The translations under genes and the position numbers were made by a program. A stretch of DNA of 64,000 bases from contig CAWCFX010000006.1 in the NCBI GenBank assembly GCA_963795085.1, positions 328,888 to 392,887 on the forward strand, in the 5' to 3' direction. The DNA comes from an uncultured Gemmatimonadales bacterium (GTDB lineage Bacteria > Gemmatimonadota > Gemmatimonadetes > Gemmatimonadales > GWC2-71-9). The notes below the pieces were generated by a model that was not told where the DNA came from, did not search any database, and saw nothing but the letters and a program-made list of their open reading frames with translations. Below, piece by piece: positions 40,436-49,599 of this stretch; the stretch's first letter is position 1; every line of letters starts with the position of its first letter.

Positions 40436-40912
40436 ATGCAACTCTTTGAAAGCTGGTCCAGCATGGGATTTACCCTGCTGGCGGGCAGCATCGCTTACGC
40501 AGCACTGGTCATCTTTCTCCGGGTATCGGGCAAGCGTACCCTGGCCAAGCTCAATGCCTTCGACCTGGTCGTGACCATGGCGCTGGGATCGACCCTGGCC
40601 TCGATCCTCACCTCCGACACCCTTCCCCTCGCCAATGGCATTCTCGCCCTGGCCGTCCTGATCGGCATGCAGTACGGCGTTGCCTGGCTCGGCGTGCGGG
40701 CGGAGTGGTTCCGCCGGCTGGTGCAGAGCGATCCAACGGTGCTGGTGAAAGACGGGCGGTTGCTGGAAGGAGCCCTGCGGAGCGCCCGGATCGGGCCCGA
40801 GGAGGTGCGGGCGGCGGTCCGGCAGGCGGGAATGGCCGACGTCTCCTCGGCTGAACGTGTCGTCCTCGAGACTGACGGATCGCTGAGCGTGGTCCGGGGC
40901 CGCCAGGCCTGA
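40436..40912 (+). CDS. DUF421 (YetF-like) membrane protein
   Basis: FLRVSGKRTLAKLNAFDLVVTMALGS is the DUF421 core; 158 aa. Confidence 0.8.
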   Translation: MQLFESWSSMGFTLLAGSIAYAALVIFLRVSGKRTLAKLNAFDLVVTMALGSTLASILTSDTLPLANGILALAVLIGMQYGVAWLGVRAEWFRRLVQSDPTVLVKDGRLLEGALRSARIGPEEVRAAVRQAGMADVSSAERVVLETDGSLSVVRGRQA

Positions 40913-40917
40913 TGGAC

Positions 40918-41178
40918 CTACTTCCCTTTTAGCACCATCCATCGGTCCACCGCGGCGTCCACTCGGGCCATGCGATGGGAATAGTCCTCTCCGGGTTCGA
41001 ACTCGACGGGGATATCCTCGCCGTGGTTGACCTGGATGAGAAACCGGTAGGGCCCGGTGGTGGGGAGGGAGGCGGCCACCGCGCGGTGCGCCGCCATTTC
41101 TCCGATACGGGCGGTCACCCGCAGGCCCTTGAGATCCAGCCCACCGGAGAAAAACGCCAGGAACTCCTTGTCGGTCAT
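40918..41178 (-). CDS. hypothetical protein (86 aa)
   Basis: Start ATG 41178 (MTDKEFLAFFSGG...). Balanced composition; no family recognised. The upstream part of the listed ORF looks non-coding. Confidence 0.45.
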   Translation of the reverse strand: MTDKEFLAFFSGGLDLKGLRVTARIGEMAAHRAVAASLPTTGPYRFLIQVNHGEDIPVEFEPGEDYSHRMARVDAAVDRWMVLKGK

Positions 41179-41263
41179 GCCATACAGCCGGGTCAATGGG
41201 GAACATGGCCTGCACCAGCCAGCAACCGACGGCGCGCCTGCCGGCTCGGCAATCGGGAGAGCC

Positions 41264-42262
41264 CTAAAGGGTAATCGCCTCGCCGCCCAGAGCCACCTCG
41301 GTGCCCAAACCCATCTCTCCCGCCTTCTCACAGGCATAGCGGGCCGCCGCGATATCCTCAACCGCAATCCCCTGGGACTTGAACAACGTCACGTCCCCGG
41401 TTGACCGCCGCCACGGGCGGGCTCCACCGGCGATCTCGCCCAGTTCAGCCTCGATATGGCCGGCGGTGATGATCCCTTCCCGAATCGGGATAATGATGTC
41501 GCCCGCTTCGTTGAGCGCAGATTCCCTCAGGTCCACGAACAGCCGGGCCCGGGCCACCAGGGCAGAATCCACCTCCCGATGGCGGGGTATGCTGGAGCCG
41601 ACCACGTTGAGATGGGCACCCTCGGCTACCCACCCGCTTTCGAGGATCGGGTCCCGGGCTGCCGTCGTAGTGCACACAATATCGGCGCCGGCCACCGCCT
41701 CCTGGACGGTGCCGCAACATTCGGCCCGCAGGCCGAACCGGGTTCCGATGATGCCGGCGAGGCGCTCCGCCCGCTCCGCCGTACGATTCCACAACCGAAG
41801 CCGGCGAATCGGACGCACCGCCAGCATCGCCTCGGCATGGGCCAGGGCCTGGGTGCCGGCTCCCAGAATCGCCAGGTCTCCGGCACCGGCGGGCGCCAGC
41901 AGGTCGGTGGCCAATCCGGAGACGGCGGCGGTCCGGATGGCGGTGATGGCGGTGGCGTCGAGGACGGCGAGCAGCGTCCCCCGCTCCTCTTCGAAGAGGA
42001 GCACGGCGCCCTGGTGGGAATCCAGCTTCGTCCCCGCATTGGCGGCGAAGATGGTGAGCACCTTGATGCCCAGCGCGCGCGCCGGCCCCAGGTACCCCGG
42101 CATGAGCGCGAGAATACCTCGGCGGGAAGGGGTGGCAATGTGGGTGCGGAGCGGTTGCACCGCGTCCCCGCGCGCCAGCGCCGCGAGCGTGTCGCGCATC
42201 AGCTGGATGCAGGGGCCCATGGGCAGGGCCCGCACCACGTCCGCCTGAGAGAGAACGATCAC
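41264..42262 (-). CDS. ornithine cyclodeaminase/mu-crystallin family protein
   Basis: 332 aa; Rossmann GAGTQA and the family-typical start (LSQADVVRALPM...) and tail. Confidence 0.85.
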   Translation of the reverse strand: MIVLSQADVVRALPMGPCIQLMRDTLAALARGDAVQPLRTHIATPSRRGILALMPGYLGPARALGIKVLTIFAANAGTKLDSHQGAVLLFEEERGTLLAVLDATAITAIRTAAVSGLATDLLAPAGAGDLAILGAGTQALAHAEAMLAVRPIRRLRLWNRTAERAERLAGIIGTRFGLRAECCGTVQEAVAGADIVCTTTAARDPILESGWVAEGAHLNVVGSSIPRHREVDSALVARARLFVDLRESALNEAGDIIIPIREGIITAGHIEAELGEIAGGARPWRRSTGDVTLFKSQGIAVEDIAAARYACEKAGEMGLGTEVALGGEAITL

Positions 42263-42528
42263 ACGGGGGTGTCACCGGTGCCGGTAAAACGAACCAGCAA
42301 CTGGCTGGCCCGGGTGTCCACCGTCACCCGCTCCACCGCGATCGGGAAGGTCCGGCCGTCTTCCAGTTCCAGCGTCAGCCGGTCGCCAGGCAGGACGGCC
42401 GTGTCGGACGTGAGGCGCACTTCCCCCCACCACCCGTCGAGACCGTCTTCCCGCCGCTGGTCCGGAGCCAGGCTGACCGCCACCCCGGCCGCGATTGTGT
42501 CCGTGAGATGAAAAATCTTGCCAATCAT
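42259..42528 (-). CDS. hypothetical small protein (89 aa), translationally coupled to the cyclodeaminase gene
   Basis: 4-nt overlap with the downstream start. Balanced composition (MIGKIFHLTDTIAAGVAVSL...); no family recognised. Confidence 0.5.
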   Translation of the reverse strand: MIGKIFHLTDTIAAGVAVSLAPDQRREDGLDGWWGEVRLTSDTAVLPGDRLTLELEDGRTFPIAVERVTVDTRASQLLVRFTGTGDTPV

Positions 42529-42665
42529 GAATCAGGTCCCGGGTAACTGGACGGGCTCTGGCAGAGTTCACCCGCCGCAAGACCAGCTTACTTAATCGCG
42601 GCCGGGAAAAAATGCGAGGGCCGGGCCCTCATTGAACGGACGGCTGGGTCGCCTATCTTTCGGGG

Positions 42666-43811
42666 ATGCCCCTTCAATCCCGGGTTCACCCGATCCGGCG
42701 CACGGCGCTGGTGCTCGCGCTGGCCAGTATCGTAACCGGTTCAGGCCTGTCTGCGCAGTCGGGGCTGGACCGGCTGGTGCCGCCGAGCCCGACGCCCGCA
42801 GGGTTCATCCACGATGGAGGCCCGGTGCTCTCCGCGGCCGACCTTTCCGGTCTCAACGCCCAGGTTACCGCTCACCAGGCGGCCGGGCGAGGCGACATCG
42901 GAGTCGCCATTCTCCGGGACATCGGCGACTACCCGCCCTACGAGGTCGGTCTCGCGATCTACCGCAGCTGGCGGATCGGCTCGGTGGATTCGATCGGATC
43001 GGCGAGGCGGGACCTGGGCGCCCTGCTACTCGTCGTGCCCAAGGAGCTGGCCCCCGACGGAAAAGGCCAATGCTGGATCACGACCGGGCTCGGCGCCGAG
43101 GCCTACCTTACGGACGCGGAAGCGGGCGCCATCTGCCGGGAAGCGATCATTCCCCGGCTCCGGGAGCAGGATTATGCCGGGGCGGTTCGCGCCGGTATTG
43201 ATGAGATCGGCGAGCGGCTGTCCGGGCTGCCGCCGGGATCGGTCGCCTCCACCTCCGGCCAACCCGGCCCATCCGGCGGGGTGCCGGGCGGCCTGATCGC
43301 GCTCCTGTCGGTGGGGGGCGCGGGTGCCGGCGCCGTCGCGCTGGTGCGCCGCAAGCGGCGCAAACCCCGGCTCTGCCCCAACGGCCACGGCCGCATGACC
43401 CGGCTGTCCGAGTCCAGTGATGATGCCGCGCTGGCCGCCGGCCAGTTGCTGGAGGAACAGATCAAGTCGGTGGACTACGACGTGTGGGAATGCCCGGTGT
43501 GCCGGGAGCGGCTGGTGCTGCGGTACAAGCGCTGGTTCACCAGCTACAGCGAATGTCCCCAGTGCAAGTTCTGGACGGTCAAGAGCACAAACCGCACGGT
43601 GGTTCCCGCCACCCGGCTGGCCGGTGGTCTCGCGGAGGTCACCCGCCGGTGCCGGCAGTGTAAGTTCGAAGATGTCCGCCAGCATGCCACCCCGCGGATC
43701 ACCTCGTCCAGTTCCTCCTCGGGGTCGGGCGGTGGTTCGTCGTCCTCCGGCGGCAGTTCTTTTGGCGGGTCGGGCAGTTCGGCGGGCGGCGGCGGCGGTT
43801 CGTCATATTGA
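42666..43811 (+). CDS. TPM domain protein fused to a TM segment, two CxxC zinc-ribbon pairs and a Ser/Gly tail
   Basis: Signal peptide, TPM body (GDIGVAILRDIGDY..., LLLVVPKE...), and a TM helix. Then CPNGH...CPVC...CPQC...CRQC, and a tail SSSSSSGSGGGSSSSGG. Confidence 0.75.
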   Translation: MPLQSRVHPIRRTALVLALASIVTGSGLSAQSGLDRLVPPSPTPAGFIHDGGPVLSAADLSGLNAQVTAHQAAGRGDIGVAILRDIGDYPPYEVGLAIYRSWRIGSVDSIGSARRDLGALLLVVPKELAPDGKGQCWITTGLGAEAYLTDAEAGAICREAIIPRLREQDYAGAVRAGIDEIGERLSGLPPGSVASTSGQPGPSGGVPGGLIALLSVGGAGAGAVALVRRKRRKPRLCPNGHGRMTRLSESSDDAALAAGQLLEEQIKSVDYDVWECPVCRERLVLRYKRWFTSYSECPQCKFWTVKSTNRTVVPATRLAGGLAEVTRRCRQCKFEDVRQHATPRITSSSSSSGSGGGSSSSGGSSFGGSGSSAGGGGGSSY

Positions 43812-43832
43812 CATGGAAAGGATGCAACCCCG

Positions 43833-45257
43833 ATGATCCTCAAGCGCTTCTACGATCCCAAGCTGGCCCAGGCCAGCTACCTCATCGGCTGCGGCAAGAC
43901 CGGCGAATCGGTGGTGTTCGACGCCAACCGGGACGTCATGCAGTACATCCAGGCGGCCGCCGCCGAGGGGGTGCGGATCACCCACGTGACCGAGACCCAC
44001 ATCCATGCGGACTTCGTCTCCGGCAGCCGGGAGCTGGCCTCGCGGACCGGGGCGAAGCTGCTGCTGTCCGATCATGGCGGGGCGGACTGGTCCTACCGGT
44101 TCGCCGGGGAGGCCCATGCCCAGATGCTCCGGGACGGGGGCGAGTTTTTTGTCGGCAAGGTAAGACTCCAGGTCATCCACACGCCGGGGCATACCCCGGA
44201 GCATATCACGTTCCTGGTCACCGATACCGCCGCCGCGGACGCTCCGATCGGGGCGATCACCGGAGACTTTGTGTTCGTGGGGGATGTGGGCCGCCCCGAT
44301 CTGCTCGAAAAAGCGGCCAACGTCAAAGGCACCATGGACCAGGCGGCCCGGCAACTGTTCCAGAGCCTGCAGGCCTTCAAGTCCCAGCCCGACTACCTCC
44401 AGATCTGGCCCGGCCACGGCGCCGGCTCGGCCTGCGGAAAGGGGTTGAGCGCCATCCCGCACAGCACCGTGGGCTACGAGCGGATGTTTAACTGGGCCTT
44501 TGCCGTCACCGACGAGAGCAGGTTCGTGAAGCAGGTTCTGGAGGGCCAGCCGGAGCCACCGACTTATTTCGCCGAGATGAAACGGATCAACCGGGACGGA
44601 CCCCGGCTGCTGGGCGACTTTCCCGCCCCGGCCCAGGTCCCCGCGGCCCGGCTGGCCGAGCTGCTGAAGGAGGCCGTGGTGATCGACACCCGCCCGGCCG
44701 GAGAATATGCGGCCGGCCACGTCGCGGGTACGCTCAATCTGCCGCTCAACAAGTCGTTCACCACCTGGGCCGGATGGCTGGTACCGTACGACCGCGACAT
44801 CTATCTCATCGCCAAAGATGAAACCAGCCGGGAGAAGCTGGACGAAGCCATTCGCGACCTGGCCATGATCGGGCTGGACCGGGTGGCTGGTTACATGGCA
44901 CCCGATGAGGTGATGGCGTGGGCGCAGCAGAACGGCGGGCTGGCGACCATCAGGGAGGTGGCCACGGCCGAGGCGGCCCGGCTGGCCAACGGCACGGCGA
45001 CGATCCTCGATGTGCGGAACGATGCGGAATGGGAAGCCGGCCATGTTCCCGGCGCGACCCACATTCCGCTGGGACATCTCGCTGCGCGGCTGGACGAACT
45101 GCCCACCAGCCGGCCCGTGGTGGTGCATTGCCAGGGCGGCGCCCGGTCGGCTATCGCCGCGAGCGTGCTCCGGGGCCACGGGTTTACCGACGTGGCCAAC
45201 CTGGTGGGAGGGTTCCAGGCCTGGGAAAAGGAAGGCCTGCCTACGTCAGGCGGGTGA
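43833..45257 (+). CDS. MBL-fold persulfide dioxygenase-like domain fused to two rhodanese domains
   Basis: THIHADFVSG metal motif and HTPGHTPEH, followed by two rhodanese-like modules; the last has active-site CQGGARS. Confidence 0.85.
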   Translation: MILKRFYDPKLAQASYLIGCGKTGESVVFDANRDVMQYIQAAAAEGVRITHVTETHIHADFVSGSRELASRTGAKLLLSDHGGADWSYRFAGEAHAQMLRDGGEFFVGKVRLQVIHTPGHTPEHITFLVTDTAAADAPIGAITGDFVFVGDVGRPDLLEKAANVKGTMDQAARQLFQSLQAFKSQPDYLQIWPGHGAGSACGKGLSAIPHSTVGYERMFNWAFAVTDESRFVKQVLEGQPEPPTYFAEMKRINRDGPRLLGDFPAPAQVPAARLAELLKEAVVIDTRPAGEYAAGHVAGTLNLPLNKSFTTWAGWLVPYDRDIYLIAKDETSREKLDEAIRDLAMIGLDRVAGYMAPDEVMAWAQQNGGLATIREVATAEAARLANGTATILDVRNDAEWEAGHVPGATHIPLGHLAARLDELPTSRPVVVHCQGGARSAIAASVLRGHGFTDVANLVGGFQAWEKEGLPTSGG

Positions 45258-46107
45258 GGATCGCCGCCGCGAACCGCGCCGGCGCCTCCGCATGGTGGCG
45301 GAGAAACAGGTCGGGTTCGATCATCTCCAGCTCCATCAGCCGCACCCCGCTCGCGCCATCTACCAGGTCCACCCGCGCGTAGAGCCAGGGGAACCGCACG
45401 ACCTCCAGGACGCGCTCCGCCGCGCCGAGGACCCGCGCAGGAGGCATGCCGGGGGCAGACGTCCCCCCGTACTCCTTCTGCACCCGGAAGTCCCCGCGGG
45501 CCGGCAGCTTGAGGGCGGAGTGGCTGAGCTCGCCCCCCAGAAAGACCACCGACCACTCCCCCCGGACGATGGCCTCCTCGAACTCCTGGACCAGGACCGC
45601 CCCCCGCTCCAGCATCGCGGTGAACTGCGGCTGATCGGCCGGCGCGGATTCGGGCGTGGTCGTCCAGGTGAGAAACGCGGTGGCCGACATCGCGGGTTTC
45701 ACCACCGCGCGCCGCCACCCATGCACGGCGAGCAGGTCCGGCAGGCTCGCGCGCTCGCCCCGCTCGAGCCAGGCCGTCGGCGGTGTCGCGATACCGCGGG
45801 TGGCGAGTTCCTGCAGGTAGTGCTTGTCCATGTTCCAGCGAACCAATGCCGGCGGATTCCACAGCCGGTCGCCGGCCGATTCCCGGGCGGCCAGCCAGGC
45901 CGCGAACTCGTCGGTGCGCTTGTGATAGTCCCAGGTGGAGCGTAGCACCAGGAGATCGAAGTCTCCCCACGCGACCGAAACATCGTCCCAGGCCAGCGGC
46001 TCCACGGTATGCCCGTCTCGGCGGAGCCGCCCGGCGCCGAGCCGGTCGTCCTCGGTGAGCGCGGGCATGCCGGCGTAGGTCACCAGCCCGATGCGCGCGT
46101 CAGCCAA
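45241..46107 (-). CDS. ATP-grasp domain protein (RimK/glutathione synthetase-like)
   Basis: 288 aa, ATP-grasp-like layout (NMDKHYLQEL..., VVKPAMSATA..., LVQEF..., MELEMIEP). Confidence 0.7.
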   Translation of the reverse strand: MADARIGLVTYAGMPALTEDDRLGAGRLRRDGHTVEPLAWDDVSVAWGDFDLLVLRSTWDYHKRTDEFAAWLAARESAGDRLWNPPALVRWNMDKHYLQELATRGIATPPTAWLERGERASLPDLLAVHGWRRAVVKPAMSATAFLTWTTTPESAPADQPQFTAMLERGAVLVQEFEEAIVRGEWSVVFLGGELSHSALKLPARGDFRVQKEYGGTSAPGMPPARVLGAAERVLEVVRFPWLYARVDLVDGASGVRLMELEMIEPDLFLRHHAEAPARFAAAILTRLT

Positions 46108-47464
46108 TCCAGACGCTCTTGATGTTGACGAATTCGCGGATCCCGAACTCGGACAACTCCCGGCCGTAACCGGACCGCTTGATCCCGCCGAAGGGCAGCC
46201 GGGGATCGGACTTTACCTGGCCGTTGACGTGGACCGCGCCCGCTTCGATGTCCGCCGCCAGCCGCTCGGCCCGGTCCCGGTCTTCCGTCCAGAGCGAACA
46301 GCCCAGCCCGAAGCTGGAAGTGTTGGCCAGCCGGATCGCGTCGGCCTCATCCCGGGCCCGGGTCACCGCGGCGACGGGCCCGAAGGTTTCTTCGTCAAAC
46401 GCGGTATTCCCCGGCCCGGTACCCACCAGGATGGTGGGCGGGTAGAAGGCGCCTTTCCCCTCCGGCAACCTCCCACCCAGCGTCAGCGAGGCACCCTCGT
46501 TCACCGCGGCCTCGACCTGCCGGTGCAGGTCGTCCCGGAGGTCGGTACGGGCCTGGGGACCCACGGCCATGCCGCGGTCCAGCGGGTCGCCCATGGTCCG
46601 GGTCGCCATTTCCCGGTGGAACATCTCCAGGAACCGGTCGAAGACCGGCGCCACGGCGATGAACCGCTTGGCGGCGATGCAGCTCTGCCCGCTGTTGACC
46701 AGCCGGGCATCGGCGGCGACCCGGGCCGCCCGCTCCAGGTCGGCGTCCTCGAGCACGATGAACGCGTCGCTTCCGCCTAGTTCAAGGACCGTCTTCTTGA
46801 GGTGGCGGCCGGCCTGCTCTGCGACCTTGATCCCCGCCTGCTCGCTCCCGGTAAGCGTCGCGGCCACGATCCGGGGATCGGCAATGATCCCGGCAACGGC
46901 GCCGCTCCCGACAAGGAGGGTCTGGAACACTCCCCCGGGAAACCCCGCCCGGCGGAACACCTCTTCAATGTCCAGCGCGCACCGGGGTACGTTGGAGGCG
47001 TGCTTCAGGATGCCGGTGTTGCCCGCCATGAGCGCGGGCGCCGCGAAGCGGAGCACTTGCCAGAAGGGAAAGTTCCAGGGCATGACGGCGAGGATGGGGC
47101 CCAGCGGATCGAACCGGACAAAGCTCCTGGCCGCGTCGGTGTCCTTCACCTGGGGCGCGAGGAACGCTCCGGCTTGATCGGCGTAGTAGTCGCAGACCCA
47201 GGCGCACTTCTCCGCCTCGGCTTCGCCCTGGGCGATGGGCTTCCCCATTTCCAGCGCCATGGTGCGGCCGAAACGGGCCTTGTCCTCCCGGAGGACCGCG
47301 GCAGCCTTCCGCATCAGGTCGGCTCGGCGGGGCATGCCGGTCCGGCGCCATTCCTGGTACGCCGCCTGGGACCGGGCCAGGGCGGCCTCGATATCGGCGG
47401 GGCTGGCCTCGGGAAACTCCTCGATCAATTCGCCGTTGGCGGGGTTCGTCGATGTAATGGCCAT
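46100..47464 (-). CDS. NAD(P)-dependent aldehyde dehydrogenase (succinate-semialdehyde dehydrogenase-like)
   Basis: Start ATG 47464 (MAITSTNPANGE). ALDH catalytic LELGGSD and GQSCIAAKR. The listed ORF extends falsely to 47620. Confidence 0.9.
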   Translation of the reverse strand: MAITSTNPANGELIEEFPEASPADIEAALARSQAAYQEWRRTGMPRRADLMRKAAAVLREDKARFGRTMALEMGKPIAQGEAEAEKCAWVCDYYADQAGAFLAPQVKDTDAARSFVRFDPLGPILAVMPWNFPFWQVLRFAAPALMAGNTGILKHASNVPRCALDIEEVFRRAGFPGGVFQTLLVGSGAVAGIIADPRIVAATLTGSEQAGIKVAEQAGRHLKKTVLELGGSDAFIVLEDADLERAARVAADARLVNSGQSCIAAKRFIAVAPVFDRFLEMFHREMATRTMGDPLDRGMAVGPQARTDLRDDLHRQVEAAVNEGASLTLGGRLPEGKGAFYPPTILVGTGPGNTAFDEETFGPVAAVTRARDEADAIRLANTSSFGLGCSLWTEDRDRAERLAADIEAGAVHVNGQVKSDPRLPFGGIKRSGYGRELSEFGIREFVNIKSVWIG

Positions 47465-47469
47465 GGGCG

Positions 47470-47793
47470 TCAGCTGTGTTGATCGCGCAGTCGCCCGAGA
47501 GTACTGTCGATCAAGCGGGTCAGCTTGTCCGCGGCGCCATCGACCGCCTGGCCCGTGGTCGCAGCCTGGTGGGTGACCGCGACCGGTTGCCGGCCCTGGA
47601 GACGTGCTTCCATCATGCAACGGATGTCCTCGGTGCCACTCTTCTCGCTGCTGTTCTCATCGCTCAGGTGCACTTCCACCCGCGTGATCTGATCGCTGAA
47701 CCGGCTCAACACGCTCTCCACGGTGGCGCCGACCTCGGCGACGAGCGTTGCATGGCCTTCGATATTGTGATCGGTATTGACCTGGATCTGCAT
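47470..47793 (-). CDS. hpf: HPF/RaiA family ribosome-associated (hibernation) factor, short form
   Basis: 107 aa; MQIQVNTDHNIEGHATL...ITRVEVHLSDEN... matches the S30AE/sigma-54 modulation protein fold pattern. Confidence 0.75.
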   Translation of the reverse strand: MQIQVNTDHNIEGHATLVAEVGATVESVLSRFSDQITRVEVHLSDENSSEKSGTEDIRCMMEARLQGRQPVAVTHQAATTGQAVDGAADKLTRLIDSTLGRLRDQHS

Positions 47794-47931
47794 ATTGGTC
47801 TCTGGTTGTGAGAATGAGGACTCACTGCCCCCAAGTGGCCACGTCGATGGCCATGGCTGGAAATGACAACCGAAACGTCAGCCATGCAAGGCTGCGTTAC
47901 ACGTGCGGGCTGGATGGTCCATCCGCCGGGG

Positions 47932-48396
47932 CTAGCGAGCCTGTTCTCCCCCCGACTCCAGGGCCTGGATCAGCGCTTTCATCTCCCCGATTTCCCGGAC
48001 CTGGGCTGCCACGATGTCATCGGCCAGTTTCCGGACCCGCGGGTCGGAGATATGGGCGCGGGTACTGGTCAGGATCGCGATCGAGTGGTGGGGAATCATC
48101 GCTTTCATGTACGAGACGTCTTCCACCGTCTCCTGGCCGCGCACCAGCCAGAGCGCCAGGAAGAATACGAGCGCGCTGCCGGCGATAATGCCGGTATTTA
48201 TCCGCCGGTCGGTGTACATCTTCAGCATGAACAGCAGCATGACCGCCGCCATGACCGCGCCCATCAGGAGCGCCATGTAGGCCCGGGTCTCGCTGAAGAA
48301 GATATGGTCCGCGGAGTACGTGTTGAGGTACATCAGGAGAAACATGATGCCGGTGGCGGTGGCGATCATGGCAAAGAAGCGTGGATAGGGCTTCAT
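47932..48396 (-). CDS. DUF305 domain membrane protein (metal-resistance associated)
   Basis: Start ATG 48396 (MKPYPRFFAMI), three TM helices, and a C-terminal DUF305-like MIPHHSIAI...DIVAAQVREIGEM. Confidence 0.72.
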   Translation of the reverse strand: MKPYPRFFAMIATATGIMFLLMYLNTYSADHIFFSETRAYMALLMGAVMAAVMLLFMLKMYTDRRINTGIIAGSALVFFLALWLVRGQETVEDVSYMKAMIPHHSIAILTSTRAHISDPRVRKLADDIVAAQVREIGEMKALIQALESGGEQAR

Positions 48397-48568
48397 CGGA
48401 CATCCTCTCTCGAAAAGAAGCTTGGCACGGGAGTGATGGTCCACGGCACTGCCGCGCGACGACGGAGCCGCTGGACCGGAATGGCTCCGAAGGGTTCCAT
48501 CATGCTCAATGGGGATATCAGAGTCTGTGCCCCGGGGCACACCGCGGCGTGATTTCTGGACCCGGGTA

Positions 48569-49534
48569 CTACCCCACGCGGCCGCCAGGGACGTCAGGGA
48601 TCCCGGTCGCGCCGATGCCCTTCCGGCGGAGTTGACCCAGTCCCTTCATGCCGGTGAGCGCGATCCCGATGGCCAGGACCGGCAGGACCTGGACGGCCTG
48701 GAGGGCCAGCCCGGCTGCCAGCGCGGAGGAGAGTGGAATGCCGAACTGTTCCATCACCAGGATCATCGAGCCCTGGAGTACCCCGACATTGCCGGGGGTG
48801 AGGCGAAGGAGTCCCGCGGCGTTGGCCGCGACGAGGGCGCTCAGCGAAATCGAGATATCGACCGGGATATGGGTCGCCGCGATGGTCCAGTGGAATGCCG
48901 CCCACTGCAGGAGCCAGTTGAGGCAGGCCAGCGCGACCGCGGCCACCATCCCGAAGCGATCGGTCGAGGCCACCATTTCGATCAGGGGGCCGCGCCAGCG
49001 GCCCAGGTTCCGGGAGCGAATGCGGTCCCAGGGCAGTCGCCGGTACCCGAGAAACACGGCACCGGTCGCCAGGCCGAGGCCGAGACCGATGAGACTGGCG
49101 GCGGGAAACGGCGGCGCGACGATCAGGGCCGCCGCCAGGAAAACAAACAGCGAGACAATCTCCACGAACCGGGCCAGAATCAGGGACCCGCCCGCCGCGG
49201 CCATCGGGACCTCGTCCCGCACCGCCACCATTTTCGCGCGCGCCACGTCCCCGCTGACGGATACCGAAATGCAGGACAGGGCGGCGCCGACGAAGGTGGC
49301 GAATTGGACCGTGACCAACCGGACCGGCGCCAGCCGCCGCAGGAACACGTGCCACTCGGCGCCCTTGATTGCCAGGGAGACGAGGTGGGCCAGCGCCGCG
49401 GCGGCGAGGAGCAGCCAGTTCGAGGTTTCCAGGGCGGCCAGCGTCGCGGCCCAGGGAAAACCTATTCCGAAATGGATGGCGAACCCAAGGGCAGCCAGTA
49501 CCAGGCCCGCCAGTGCCCAGCGGCGCCAGCTCAC
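48569..49534 (-). CDS. lysylphosphatidylglycerol synthase TM-region/flippase-like protein (YbhN/UPF0104 family)
   Basis: 321 aa, about 8 TM segments. Opening WRRWALAGLVLAALGF...LLLAAAALAHLVSLAIKGAEWHVFL is typical of the family. Confidence 0.72.
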   Translation of the reverse strand: MSWRRWALAGLVLAALGFAIHFGIGFPWAATLAALETSNWLLLAAAALAHLVSLAIKGAEWHVFLRRLAPVRLVTVQFATFVGAALSCISVSVSGDVARAKMVAVRDEVPMAAAGGSLILARFVEIVSLFVFLAAALIVAPPFPAASLIGLGLGLATGAVFLGYRRLPWDRIRSRNLGRWRGPLIEMVASTDRFGMVAAVALACLNWLLQWAAFHWTIAATHIPVDISISLSALVAANAAGLLRLTPGNVGVLQGSMILVMEQFGIPLSSALAAGLALQAVQVLPVLAIGIALTGMKGLGQLRRKGIGATGIPDVPGGRVG

Positions 49535-49599
49535 CGGGTCGAACGCAGTATGGAGATAAGCACCCGGGCAAGATAATCTCGCTCGCCCGGAGCCCGCGT

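Noticed and set aside
48415-48440. TTGGCACGGGAGTGATGG as a sigma-54 (-24/-12) promoter.
   Set aside because: The -12 element is not TTGC(A/T). The motif also points rightward on the + strand, where there is no gene to drive.
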